This document shows, piece after piece, positions 48,889-57,932 of a stretch of DNA of 64,000 nucleotides. The stretch comes from Promethearchaeota archaeon (GTDB taxonomy: Archaea > Asgardarchaeota > Thorarchaeia > Thorarchaeales > Thorarchaeaceae). Position numbers and translations under genes: made by a program. Below the pieces are notes generated by a model, which searched no databases, was not told the origin of the DNA, and saw only the letters and a list, made by a program, of their open reading frames with translations. How positions within the stretch are numbered: position 1 is the first letter of the stretch; each line of letters starts with the position of its first letter. The DNA lies in contig WJIL01000006.1 of NCBI GenBank assembly GCA_014730275.1, positions 36,191 to 100,190 of the forward strand. The letters run 5' to 3'.

Positions 48889-49797
48889 TTGTACATCAAG
48901 CTGAGGAAGGATGGCGCAGTAGGGCTCGGCAGAGCAACAAAAGGTAAAGCTGAGATAACAATTGGATACGGCGAGGCCCATATGGTTGCAGCGGCTCTCG
49001 AAAAGGTGGCACAGACACCCAAAGAATTCCACCAGACATACAAAAAGACGACGAATGTCGGTGGCGGTAACGAAATCGAATTCGACCGCGAAAAGAATGG
49101 TGCCATATCAATATCAGGAGACGGATACAGATACAGCTGTTCTGAAGAAGAGATTCTCCAGCTTGTTAAATCTCTCAGAGATCTGCCCCCGCTTGATACT
49201 CATGAAGAGTCCAGGTTTGTTAGCAAGAACGCCGATGCGTTGCATTGTGTTACAGTTGAAAACAAGGGCAACTCGGTGAAACTCACCTTACCTGAAGCGG
49301 CCGTCTTGAGAACTTCATTGCTAAGCAGTATGGAGGGGCAATACTACACAGAAGTAATCGAGATAGGAAAACAGAAGGTCAAATTGGAGCGAACCAGTGG
49401 TCTGAAATGGCAACTCATTGGAAAGGACTCGGTGAAATTCACGGCCTATGAAATTGAAGAGCTTGTCGAAGGAATAGAATCAGCGATCATGGATGTGCTT
49501 ATGAAGACAGCTAATTCAATGGGAATCGATGAAGTCAGCGACATCCGAGTTAAGAGTAGAGTGCAGCGTATCGAAGAAGACACCAAGGCAGTAGTTGAGA
49601 ACTACGCACACGGAAGAAGAGTCCGAAAGAGAATCAAAAAGATGGCAGAAAAGGTTCTAGGAGCGGGAGAGGACGCAGCATCTCGTACAAACCACTTCAT
49701 GGAAGTTGCTAACTACATCTATCGTGAGCTAGAACCAGAGTACTTCGAGCCCCTCTTCGGGGTGCTTGCTTCAACATTTCTGCCAACAATCAAGTAG
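48889..49797 (+). CDS. Hypothetical protein
   Basis: 302-aa ORF, charged/helical C-terminus; no motif recognised. Confidence 0.4.
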   Translation: MYIKLRKDGAVGLGRATKGKAEITIGYGEAHMVAAALEKVAQTPKEFHQTYKKTTNVGGGNEIEFDREKNGAISISGDGYRYSCSEEEILQLVKSLRDLPPLDTHEESRFVSKNADALHCVTVENKGNSVKLTLPEAAVLRTSLLSSMEGQYYTEVIEIGKQKVKLERTSGLKWQLIGKDSVKFTAYEIEELVEGIESAIMDVLMKTANSMGIDEVSDIRVKSRVQRIEEDTKAVVENYAHGRRVRKRIKKMAEKVLGAGEDAASRTNHFMEVANYIYRELEPEYFEPLFGVLASTFLPTIK

Positions 49798-49856
49798 AAG
49801 CAAACATTCGTGCCAAGCTAGGTAGTTACACAGAACTCTCATTGCATCTCAGTCTC

Positions 49857-51275
49857 TCAATCAGACTTGCCACAGCAGGTAGACCACGGATACCTATCAA
49901 GGACTCGGTTGATTAAACCGCGGACTTTCCGTTCCTCGCTAGTGCCTTCATATACGAGTATGAGTACCTTTCCTCCGCGTGTCCGCTTGAATTTCTGATA
50001 CATTGTTTTGCTGGTATTGATTATGTCAGCAACAATCATCACATCGGCTTCGGGTAGGTCCAAGTCACGCTCTCCAACCGGGGACATAACAAGTGCGTCA
50101 ATCGGCTCATCCTTGAATGACTTCAGCACAGACCCTTTATCTCGAGTTTTTCCCGTGATTCTGGTGACTTTCATTCCCGCCTTTGACAGGAGATTTTGGA
50201 CCTGGGAAACCATTCGCAGATAGGAGGATATTATCACAGATTTATCGTATTGCTTCGCAATCTCCACAATCTTTGCTGCTTTTGGAGAGATTGTTGGAAG
50301 GACTTTCCGTAGCTCGCTAACATTGAAGTAATGCTTGAGATACTCATTATGAAACATTCTCATGAACTGTTTGGGCGGCATAGCATAGACATACTTTCGA
50401 AGGAGCAACAGACCTGAGTACCTACCTTTCAAATCATCCGAAACGGGGAGTCGTTCCAGCATGAGATGGATTCTTCGAGAATCGCCTTGAACCAATTCCA
50501 GATTCCCGGATTCTTCCAGCTGGCCAAGTATCTCCCTACGTGTATCTCGAACAAGCTCATCAATAACAATAGAAATCGATCGGATTTTCTTGTTGTGCAC
50601 CGGAACTGTTGAAATCACTGTTTTTTCAATGTATTCGTCAATATCTGTGTCATAGAGGTCTTCCATTGTCACTAGACTTGCGTTGGGTATGTGTTTCAAT
50701 AGTGTCTTTAGCTCTTTTCGAATCTCCAACTGCTCATCTGTAAATACAGCGTGCTCATCTCTCAACGTACCACTCATGCCAATTATCCGCTTTTCCCGTA
50801 GAAGAGTAAGAAGAGTAGGCCACGGAAATACCAGAGCGGTTCTTCCCCTGGTCCTTCGAACTAGTGTGTCAACTTCGTTGATAATAACTACATCAATGCC
50901 TTCTAGAAGAGTGATATCTTTCTTCAAGACGTTGGCGAGTACCTGCGGCGTAGAGATGATGACTCGTTTCTCACGGAGAATGTACTCGCGCATTCCAGAC
51001 CGAACGCGGGAGGAAAGGTCCCCAAGATCCTCTGAAAGCCCTCCATACTCAGATTTCATATAGTCAACAGTCTCGGCCAGTGAAGACGTGGAATGGACCA
51101 CAATAATGAAACGTTTGTCAGGAAAGGATTCGACAACCAGTTGATGCGTCAAGAAACGCTTTCCCAAGCCACAATCCAGCTCCACAAGCACATTATCATC
51201 TTTAAGTTCGTAGATTTGGTCGAGGATGAACTCTTGGTAACCTCGGGGTGTGTACTTGGTCTTCGTTTCTGACAT
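49857..51275 (-). CDS. SF2 helicase-like protein, Hef/FANCM/XPF-helicase-type, with degenerate ATPase motifs
   Basis: 'PRGYQEFI' (Q-motif region as in Hef 'PRIYQE'), motif I 'DCGLGKR' (GKT>GKR), motif II 'IINEVD' (DEAH>NEVD), HelicC-like C-terminus 'ITGKTRDKGSVLKSFKD...DLPEADVMIVAD', motif VI-like 'QKFKRTRGG'. ATG at 51275 sits ~30 nt downstream of a TATAAAA box. The ORF track's 573-aa version has a 101-aa N-terminal extension. Confidence 0.6.
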   Translation of the reverse strand: MSETKTKYTPRGYQEFILDQIYELKDDNVLVELDCGLGKRFLTHQLVVESFPDKRFIIVVHSTSSLAETVDYMKSEYGGLSEDLGDLSSRVRSGMREYILREKRVIISTPQVLANVLKKDITLLEGIDVVIINEVDTLVRRTRGRTALVFPWPTLLTLLREKRIIGMSGTLRDEHAVFTDEQLEIRKELKTLLKHIPNASLVTMEDLYDTDIDEYIEKTVISTVPVHNKKIRSISIVIDELVRDTRREILGQLEESGNLELVQGDSRRIHLMLERLPVSDDLKGRYSGLLLLRKYVYAMPPKQFMRMFHNEYLKHYFNVSELRKVLPTISPKAAKIVEIAKQYDKSVIISSYLRMVSQVQNLLSKAGMKVTRITGKTRDKGSVLKSFKDEPIDALVMSPVGERDLDLPEADVMIVADIINTSKTMYQKFKRTRGGKVLILVYEGTSEERKVRGLINRVLDRYPWSTCCGKSD

Positions 51276-51304
51276 GGTTCTCAATTGTTTTGAGTGGAGT
51301 ATCG

Positions 51305-51311
51305 TATAAAA
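51305..51311 (-). promoter_or_regulatory. TATA-like box (TTTTATA on - strand) ~30 nt upstream of the helicase ATG
   Basis: Reverse complement reads 'gagcTTTTATAcgatac...'; spacing consistent with a leaderless archaeal transcript. Confidence 0.3.
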
Positions 51312-51348
51312 GCTCCCGTAAGCATACTGGGAAAAAACCGGACACTGT

Positions 51349-52188
51349 TTAGATATGTTCTCCCGGTTCCGGTAGCTCCCTCTCATCTCCTTCGGCTCGT
51401 AGCGAAGGAATGCGTTCAACCTCATCTCTCGGGATGGCTTTTCCACGAACCCAGATTGTGTTATCAGGTACCACAGTATCCTTTGGAACAACCGAGGCGG
51501 CACCGATGACCACATTGTCTCCAATCTCTGCCCCCGCCAGAATAACGGCGTTTGCACCGACAGTAACGTTGTCGCCAAGCTTCACCGTTTTCAAATACAA
51601 AGAATTACCCTCGTACACATGTCCGCTTAGTATCGCATCATAGCCGAAAAAGCAATTCTGTCCGATTATCGTTCTTTCAGGATTGAAGAGCCTACCATTT
51701 CCGACAACCGTTCCCTTGCCGATTTCTGCACCGAACCAGACATGGCGGAACCTAGTATCTGTGAATATGCTAAAGAAACCGGCAAAATATGGTAGCAAGA
51801 TATAGTAGACCTCGTAGAATTCGTAAAGCAACCATTTTTCGGTTTCAGCATTGTAATATCCATCTTCTAAGAAAGGAATCCCTCGTCTGGAAAGCAAGAA
51901 TAAGCCCAGCAAGATAGCAAGGAATATACTATAAGATGTAAGGCCAATTGGAACAAAGAGCACAATGAACCAGAAGTGTTCATAGAAAAACGAAGGGAAC
52001 CAGCCAGCGAAGGTTCCAGTAAACCAAGGATGGATACTTGAAATGGGCCAAAACAGATTATTCATGAACCCCTCAATATTGTTGTACGCCCAGGCGAAAA
52101 CCATAATGCCGGGGATAGCAGCCAATGTAAGGCTAATCAGAATGGATAAAGCAAGATATATACCGTAGAGAATGGTCCTTATTTTCAC
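51349..52188 (-). CDS. Membrane-anchored hexapeptide-repeat (LbH) acyl/acetyltransferase
   Basis: N-terminal ~5 TM helices, then hexapeptide repeats 'GKGTVVGNGRLFNPERTIIGQNCFFGYDAILSGHVY...LGDNVTVGANAVILAGAEIGDNVVIGAASVV'. GTG start. Confidence 0.6.
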   Translation of the reverse strand: MKIRTILYGIYLALSILISLTLAAIPGIMVFAWAYNNIEGFMNNLFWPISSIHPWFTGTFAGWFPSFFYEHFWFIVLFVPIGLTSYSIFLAILLGLFLLSRRGIPFLEDGYYNAETEKWLLYEFYEVYYILLPYFAGFFSIFTDTRFRHVWFGAEIGKGTVVGNGRLFNPERTIIGQNCFFGYDAILSGHVYEGNSLYLKTVKLGDNVTVGANAVILAGAEIGDNVVIGAASVVPKDTVVPDNTIWVRGKAIPRDEVERIPSLRAEGDERELPEPGEHI

Positions 52189-52191
52189 TCT

Positions 52192-53559
52192 TTGAGCTCT
52201 CCGAATCTAGGGCTGATACATGAGAAACAGTACCCAGATTTGAAGGTATTCATACTCGAGGGAAACAGATATTATCCATCTGTTCACGTGTCGCTCAAAT
52301 CAGACACGCGATATGCGGAGACATTTGATGTGACATATGATGTGATAATAGCTGGAACTGGTCCCGCGGGATTGATGACTGCCGATAGGCTCTCTGAGAA
52401 AGGCATTGACACACTAGTATTGGAAAAGAGAAAACACGTTACGGATTCTCTCATGGGTGAACTGGTTACGGACAAAGCCCTCCGTCTTCTTAGAGTAAGG
52501 CCAGATTCCGAATATATAGGTAACAAGTATAAGAGAATAATCGGCGAAAGTCTGGATACAGGTTCCAATGTAGTAGTGGGAGAAAATCTCCTAGGTAATT
52601 CATATCTTCTGGACGAAGACAAATGTCAGCAACTCATGAAAGAACGTGCAGAATCAAATGGCGTCGAATTCAGGTTTTCCAGCAGGGTGGATTCGGTCAT
52701 AAAGAACAATGGACAGGTTACAGGCATACGATACAATGACAACAAGAAAGAGCGTGCAAATCTTGTCATCGGAGCAGATGGATCGTTCAGCAAGGTTTCA
52801 CAAACAGCCGGCTTCAAGACAGCACGTTGGCTACTCTCCTATGGCTATCGGTGGAAACTAGAGGATTGCAAAGATATTGATCCAACAACAGCGTACTTCT
52901 ATGTTGGCCGTGATGTAGGTCTGGGCTATATGTGGTTTTATCCACGGAGTGAAACTGAGGTGAATCTCGGAATCGGACGTGTGCCCTCGTCCAAGGAACA
53001 ATGGGAACAACTACCTCCAATGGTCGACGTATTGAAGAAATACAAAAACAAGTTCCCGGAAACCAAGGATTCCAAAATCGCATCTGTGAACGGTGGAGTA
53101 GTGCCCTGTGCAGGCATCATCCCGAAATTCACTGATGCGGGTGTTGCTCTCTGTGGCAATGCTGCGGGTCAAGTGTCCTCAATTGTCGGTGGTGGTGTCA
53201 CAACATGCTTTCATGCAGGAACGTTATTGGCAAGACATGCTGCTAGAGCTGTTTCTGAGGATGACTTCTCAAGGAAAAGCATAGAGAAATATGAGAAGGA
53301 ATACCGCAAGTCAAAGCTTGCGTGGAATATTCAGAATACTGGTGATGGTATGTGGGCTGTATCAAGGTATGCCATGTTGAATGACCCACTGGAGGCGGCT
53401 GAAATAGTCCTCAATTCTCTTGATGCTAGAACCTTGAACTCTATCATCCAAGGTGACATTTCCGTTTCTGAGGTTCTGACACTCCTTACCGAGTTCATGC
53501 CCATGATTCTACGGATTGGCAAAGGCTATCTCAAGAGCGTTGCTCTTGTTGGTCCTTGA
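52192..53559 (+). CDS. Geranylgeranyl-reductase-family FAD-dependent oxidoreductase
   Basis: 'YDVIIAGTGPAGLMTADRLSEKGIDTLVLEKRK' Rossmann FAD motif and 'LVIGADGSFSKV'. Start uncertain (TTG 52192 vs GTG 52330). Confidence 0.7.
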   Translation: MSSPNLGLIHEKQYPDLKVFILEGNRYYPSVHVSLKSDTRYAETFDVTYDVIIAGTGPAGLMTADRLSEKGIDTLVLEKRKHVTDSLMGELVTDKALRLLRVRPDSEYIGNKYKRIIGESLDTGSNVVVGENLLGNSYLLDEDKCQQLMKERAESNGVEFRFSSRVDSVIKNNGQVTGIRYNDNKKERANLVIGADGSFSKVSQTAGFKTARWLLSYGYRWKLEDCKDIDPTTAYFYVGRDVGLGYMWFYPRSETEVNLGIGRVPSSKEQWEQLPPMVDVLKKYKNKFPETKDSKIASVNGGVVPCAGIIPKFTDAGVALCGNAAGQVSSIVGGGVTTCFHAGTLLARHAARAVSEDDFSRKSIEKYEKEYRKSKLAWNIQNTGDGMWAVSRYAMLNDPLEAAEIVLNSLDARTLNSIIQGDISVSEVLTLLTEFMPMILRIGKGYLKSVALVGP

Positions 53560-53816
53560 TTTTTGGAAAAAAAACAGATACAGGAAGGAAGGGATATGCC
53601 TGCGCTGCATGAAGAAGGTCTCCCCCTCCTTCCTGCCTGCCTCGTCTGGCGAAGAACGCCTTAGCCCTAGAATTCGTATTCGATGGACGAATTCAATTCT
53701 GGGATATTCAACCAGTATATTTAATATTGCTCTTGTCAACATTAATTGAGTAAGTGTCTGTCCATAACCATACAGCACTTTATGTAATCAAATGTTGAAC
53801 GAAAGTTGGGGGAAAA

Positions 53817-54848
53817 ATGCCGATTAGCGAAGATGCCGCAGAAACGTTGGAGCTGTTAGGATTCAAGACGGGGATAGATCATGATTCACGGGCGCTGAGT
53901 CTTCTGCGAGCCATGCTCAAGAAATGTGATGAGACAGGAAAACCAATATCATTCACCACTGCTTATGAAGCCCTACTAAGAGAAGAACCAAGTGCAAGCC
54001 CCTCAAAAGCATGGATTCACAAGGTGCTCAAATCTCTTGTTGATGATGGCCTCGTAACTATGTTCGGAGAGAGCGCACATCGCAAAAGCTATCTCGCAGA
54101 TGCCAAATCTGTGATGAACGGAATCGAAGTCCTTAGAGAGAAAGCTATTGAAAGAGTCTCAGAGACAATAGATAGAAAAAAGGAAGAGCTAGAAATCATA
54201 AGAAATCTGGATTCTGCAGCCCTTGCACAAGAAATCACAGAATGGATAACTGGAAGAAGACAGGCACTAAAGGCCAGATTCATCAAGGGAATTGACGAAT
54301 TTTACAGAGTCATTGACACAACGCTATACAAGAACCTGAAATCCGGAGACGTTCTAAGAATCTGCATATTGACAATCAATCCATTCATGCATAGATTTGA
54401 GAAAAGAATCAGCAAGATGGTTGATATAGCCAGAAAGGGCGTTGAGATAAAATATGCAGTTCCAGCAGGATTGCTAGAGAGAGAGTCTTTCAAAAACAAT
54501 CAAAACCTGAGAAATCTCATAAGAGAAGGTTTGGAAAATCTGATTACACTACAAGGGCAGGGTCACAAAATAGATGCTCGGTTTTTCAACGTCAGTAAGA
54601 AGCATTATCAATTTGTGGCAGCTAATCACGAAAGCATGGCACTCATCATCACAGAAAAACCAATCACCGGAGCATGGATGAGCCGCCGTTTCAACGCAGA
54701 TCTGGTAGACTCAGCTGTTGAATCCTTTGACAAGATTTGGAACAAGTCCAAGTCTGTACTTGACATCCGGTCTTCTGATATCGAATCTTCTGGAATGGAC
54801 ATAGACTCTGAGGTCGCAATGAGCTTCATAGAGGGAGGAAAGGAATAG
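53817..54848 (+). CDS. TrmB-like protein (N-terminal wHTH, coiled coil, C-terminal domain), paralog 1 of 3
   Basis: wHTH-like 'ALSLLRAMLKKCDETGKPISFTTAYEALLR...KAWIHKVLKSLVDDGLVTM'; coiled-coil 'IEVLREKAIERVSETIDRKKEELEIIRNL'; ~210-aa C-terminal domain. Confidence 0.5.
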   Translation: MPISEDAAETLELLGFKTGIDHDSRALSLLRAMLKKCDETGKPISFTTAYEALLREEPSASPSKAWIHKVLKSLVDDGLVTMFGESAHRKSYLADAKSVMNGIEVLREKAIERVSETIDRKKEELEIIRNLDSAALAQEITEWITGRRQALKARFIKGIDEFYRVIDTTLYKNLKSGDVLRICILTINPFMHRFEKRISKMVDIARKGVEIKYAVPAGLLERESFKNNQNLRNLIREGLENLITLQGQGHKIDARFFNVSKKHYQFVAANHESMALIITEKPITGAWMSRRFNADLVDSAVESFDKIWNKSKSVLDIRSSDIESSGMDIDSEVAMSFIEGGKE

Positions 54849-55762
54849 TGACTGTCTCGGGTACAAATCAGACTTCCCTGCTTCAGCTTTATGATGTGAA
54901 TCCACAGGAGAAGAGGATGCACGTCCTGAGAGCCCTGCTTGAAGCATGTGAAAATGAAATCAGAGTCGGTTTTTCGGACATTCTGAAACACCTCAGCGGC
55001 GAGGATACTGAGAAGCCCAATGAATCATTGATTTATCGTCTGCTAAGCTCCTTGGAAGACGAGGACTTCATTGAGGTTGATAGGAGCGGCTACAGACACA
55101 GATACTATACAGATTTGAATCGAATAGAGACAGCTCTAGAGAAAAAGAAGGGAAGTGCTCTTCAAACACTTTCTGAAGACAGAATTAAACTGAAACGAAA
55201 ACTTGAGCGGCTCAACAATATCAGAATAGGTCTACTGGTCGACAGAGTCATCAAGGTGATGACTGATTCTAAATGGGATGATAGATCGCGTTTTGGCATG
55301 GGTCTCAGAACCCTACAGCTCATGGCTGATCGAGAGGTATACGCACAGGTAACTCGAGGAGATATCGTACGGATTACAGTTGATGACGTGGATCTTCAAT
55401 CTCCACAGTGGAGCGAGCGCGTCGAAGTTTTTGGGAATCTAGCTTCAAGGGGCGTAAAAGTGAGAGTCCTTTTCACTTGGCCATGTAGACAGGTAAAGAA
55501 TGCGTGGAGAAATACGACGGAAGAGTATCTAAATCTCAAAAATCAAGGCCTAGATGTCGATTTTCGTATCCGGAGCGGAGACCTGACCTATCAGATGGTA
55601 ACAAGGAATGCCGAGGTCCTAGTATTGACTGTAGCAGAGGAACCATTGGCTTCCATATGCGTTCCTAGAAACGAGAATCCAACGTTATTAGATGATGTCG
55701 TAGACAGTTTTGATGCAGAATTCACGTCATCTTACAGTTTAGGTGAAGGTGATATCCGATGA
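54848..55762 (+). CDS. TrmB-like protein, paralog 2 of 3
   Basis: GTG start overlapping the upstream stop (taGTGa); 'MHVLRALLEACENEIRVGFSDILKHLSG...SLIYRLLSSLEDEDFIEVD' wHTH-like, coiled coil, C-terminal domain. Confidence 0.5.
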   Translation: MTVSGTNQTSLLQLYDVNPQEKRMHVLRALLEACENEIRVGFSDILKHLSGEDTEKPNESLIYRLLSSLEDEDFIEVDRSGYRHRYYTDLNRIETALEKKKGSALQTLSEDRIKLKRKLERLNNIRIGLLVDRVIKVMTDSKWDDRSRFGMGLRTLQLMADREVYAQVTRGDIVRITVDDVDLQSPQWSERVEVFGNLASRGVKVRVLFTWPCRQVKNAWRNTTEEYLNLKNQGLDVDFRIRSGDLTYQMVTRNAEVLVLTVAEEPLASICVPRNENPTLLDDVVDSFDAEFTSSYSLGEGDIR

Positions 55763-56730
55763 ACAACCGAATTCATGTTTCGGAACTGTCACTTTTTGAA
55801 CTCGATATGGCATCGCGCAAAATGGATGTTCTTGAAGCTGTTCTGAAGTCGGTGGAAGGAGACTCTGCTACAGCTGATTTTGAGGAGATATTCGAAATAG
55901 TAAACGCTGAAAAAAGTAACAACCTCTCCAAGAGTTGGATCTATAAATGCCTCGGGGAACTAGAACAAGAGGGGTTCGTAGTAGTTGATCGAATAAGTAC
56001 GCCGAACAAATACATGGCTACAAAAGAGACCATAGCAAAGGCATTAGAAAGCGCCAAAAAGGAACAAATGGTCAAGCTCCACGAGAAGATAAACCAAAAC
56101 AGGAAAAATGAACAAGTTATTCAGAATACAAGCATACACAAACTTGCAAGAGAACTTGCAGGAAAATCCGACAAAGAATCAAGGGATTACTCACACCTAA
56201 TCGAGGGTAGTGAAAACGTCAGAGGTTCATTGATTTCTGAGATACTGAATGCCGCAAATCAAGGTAGTGTTATTAGAATAGCTAACTCTTCGGTTTCTTT
56301 AACGAGCAATCTCGGTGAACGGGGGCCAGTAGAAGTACGAATGCTTGAACAAGCACTAAATGGAGTTGAAATGAGAGTTCTTTTTTCTAGAGAGAACACA
56401 AGAGCAAATGAACCAAAATCGATTTCCTCGTTCATGAATGATGCACTCCCGCTATTGGGAAAAGCGGTATCCTCAGGTCATTTGAAATTGAGAGCTATTG
56501 AGGAAGAGAGAGGCACATATCGCAGCGTAATCAAAGATGAGGAAAAAATGATTCTGTACTTATCTGATACATACAAAGCAGATGCAGCCTTTTTCATATC
56601 AGATGAAGATAATGAAACACTGATTCAGCATGCCATCAAGATATTCGATGAACGCTGGGGAAACGCCGTGGATATGACAGATATGTTGAGAACAACTCTT
56701 TCAAATATCAATTATGAACCTGCAGGCTAG
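55759..56730 (+). CDS. TrmB-like protein, paralog 3 of 3
   Basis: ATGA overlap with paralog 2; 'MDVLEAVLKSVEGDSATADFEEIFEIVNAEKSNNLSKSWIYKCLGELEQEGFVVVD' wHTH-like, coiled coil, C-terminal domain. Confidence 0.5.
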   Translation: MNNRIHVSELSLFELDMASRKMDVLEAVLKSVEGDSATADFEEIFEIVNAEKSNNLSKSWIYKCLGELEQEGFVVVDRISTPNKYMATKETIAKALESAKKEQMVKLHEKINQNRKNEQVIQNTSIHKLARELAGKSDKESRDYSHLIEGSENVRGSLISEILNAANQGSVIRIANSSVSLTSNLGERGPVEVRMLEQALNGVEMRVLFSRENTRANEPKSISSFMNDALPLLGKAVSSGHLKLRAIEEERGTYRSVIKDEEKMILYLSDTYKADAAFFISDEDNETLIQHAIKIFDERWGNAVDMTDMLRTTLSNINYEPAG

Positions 56731-57809
56731 ACTACCCATTCAGGATTGTTTTCCAGCTTGGTCATTATATCAACACAGACGCTGTCAAAATCATCATACA
56801 TCCCATATTCACCGCCGGCGGCGAAGGGATGACCGCCACCGTCAAAGAGACTAGCAGCTACATCACATAGCACTTTCTCACTTCCTCTTCTGAATCCGAG
56901 CATGCCACCTTTACTCACAGTAATCAAGAGATCCGCGACGTTCAATTTTTGGCCTCCGATGTCCAGATTCTCTTCATCTGCAGCGAAGGTACCCATATCA
57001 GTGGTCGTTACCCCATTCGGAATCCTTAGAATGCGCACCAGGCGATCATGGACAACATCATCGCATTGGTGAGCTAGTGCCTTCTTCATCTTCTTTAGCT
57101 TCTCTTTTCGATAATGCTTCACTTTTCTGTTGAGAAGACGTTTTTTGAAACGTTTCTTTTTCTCATTCCATAAGGCAGATATCCCTCCATCAGCCAACTC
57201 AGAAAGCAAAGGCATCAGAGCCTTGGTGATATCCTCCTTTCGAGAGAGAGCTTCAAACCTAAGCACAGAGAGGGCATCAGTCAAAGCATTTGCTGCATCA
57301 ATCTCTCTCAGATTGAAATCCGTATCATGTGCGATCTGCGCAAGCTCGGCTGATACCTCGTCTTTGGGCATAAGAACTCTATAGGTTATCTCTGCAGCAC
57401 AATAATCTGAATTCACCTTTAAGACCGGCGAGTTGTCTAGGGACAAGACCGCTGCCGCCGACTTCTTTGTCCATTGATGATGATCGAGCCATACAACTCT
57501 GCACCCCTGAGATACAGCTCGTTTGAGCGCAGACATGATTGAATCGAGTTGATTTTCGTCCATAGCTAAATCTGTAATGACTATTAGTGTGTTCCGACGT
57601 ACAGCAACTGCTGAGAAAGTGTCAGAAAAACCGCCATAATCAGTGAGAATAACATCAAAATCCAGATTTCTTGACTTTGCATAGCGCCACACTATAGCTG
57701 CTGAATTCAATCCATCAACATCTTTATCGTGGCTTATACTGAGCAAAGAGTCCAGCCTGCGTTTCTTCCGAGTTTCTTCCGAATCTTCTGGCATAAACAA
57801 AATCACCAT
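56727..57809 (-). CDS. DHH-family phosphoesterase (NrnA/RecJ-like DHH + DHHA1)
   Basis: 'VVWLDHHQW' DHH motif, 'VTDLAMD' and C-terminal 'DGGGHPFAAGG' DHHA1 GGGH motif; stop codon overlaps that of the convergent TrmB-like gene (CTAG). Confidence 0.75.
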   Translation of the reverse strand: MVILFMPEDSEETRKKRRLDSLLSISHDKDVDGLNSAAIVWRYAKSRNLDFDVILTDYGGFSDTFSAVAVRRNTLIVITDLAMDENQLDSIMSALKRAVSQGCRVVWLDHHQWTKKSAAAVLSLDNSPVLKVNSDYCAAEITYRVLMPKDEVSAELAQIAHDTDFNLREIDAANALTDALSVLRFEALSRKEDITKALMPLLSELADGGISALWNEKKKRFKKRLLNRKVKHYRKEKLKKMKKALAHQCDDVVHDRLVRILRIPNGVTTTDMGTFAADEENLDIGGQKLNVADLLITVSKGGMLGFRRGSEKVLCDVAASLFDGGGHPFAAGGEYGMYDDFDSVCVDIMTKLENNPEWVV

Positions 57810-57932
57810 AAAAGGGACTTCGGTTTTTGACTCGATGATTTCAGTGTATCATCCTGATATTATTTGTGCTTTTCACTCATTTCGAAATGGTTTTCTGGTC
57901 AGTCAATGCATAATAAGATTGGATGACCACCA

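Noticed and set aside
49857-51578. The 573-aa ORF-track version of the helicase
   Set aside because: The 101-aa N-terminal extension has no motif and would override a well-placed TATA box. The start at 51275 also avoids overlapping the promoter region of 51349..52188.
53516-53749. 77-aa + ORF overlapping the end of the geranylgeranyl-reductase gene and the downstream intergenic region
   Set aside because: Overlaps a supported CDS out of frame, has no start context and a low-complexity translation. The region more likely holds the GGR terminator (imperfect aggaaggaaggg/ccctccttcct hairpin at ~53585..53634).
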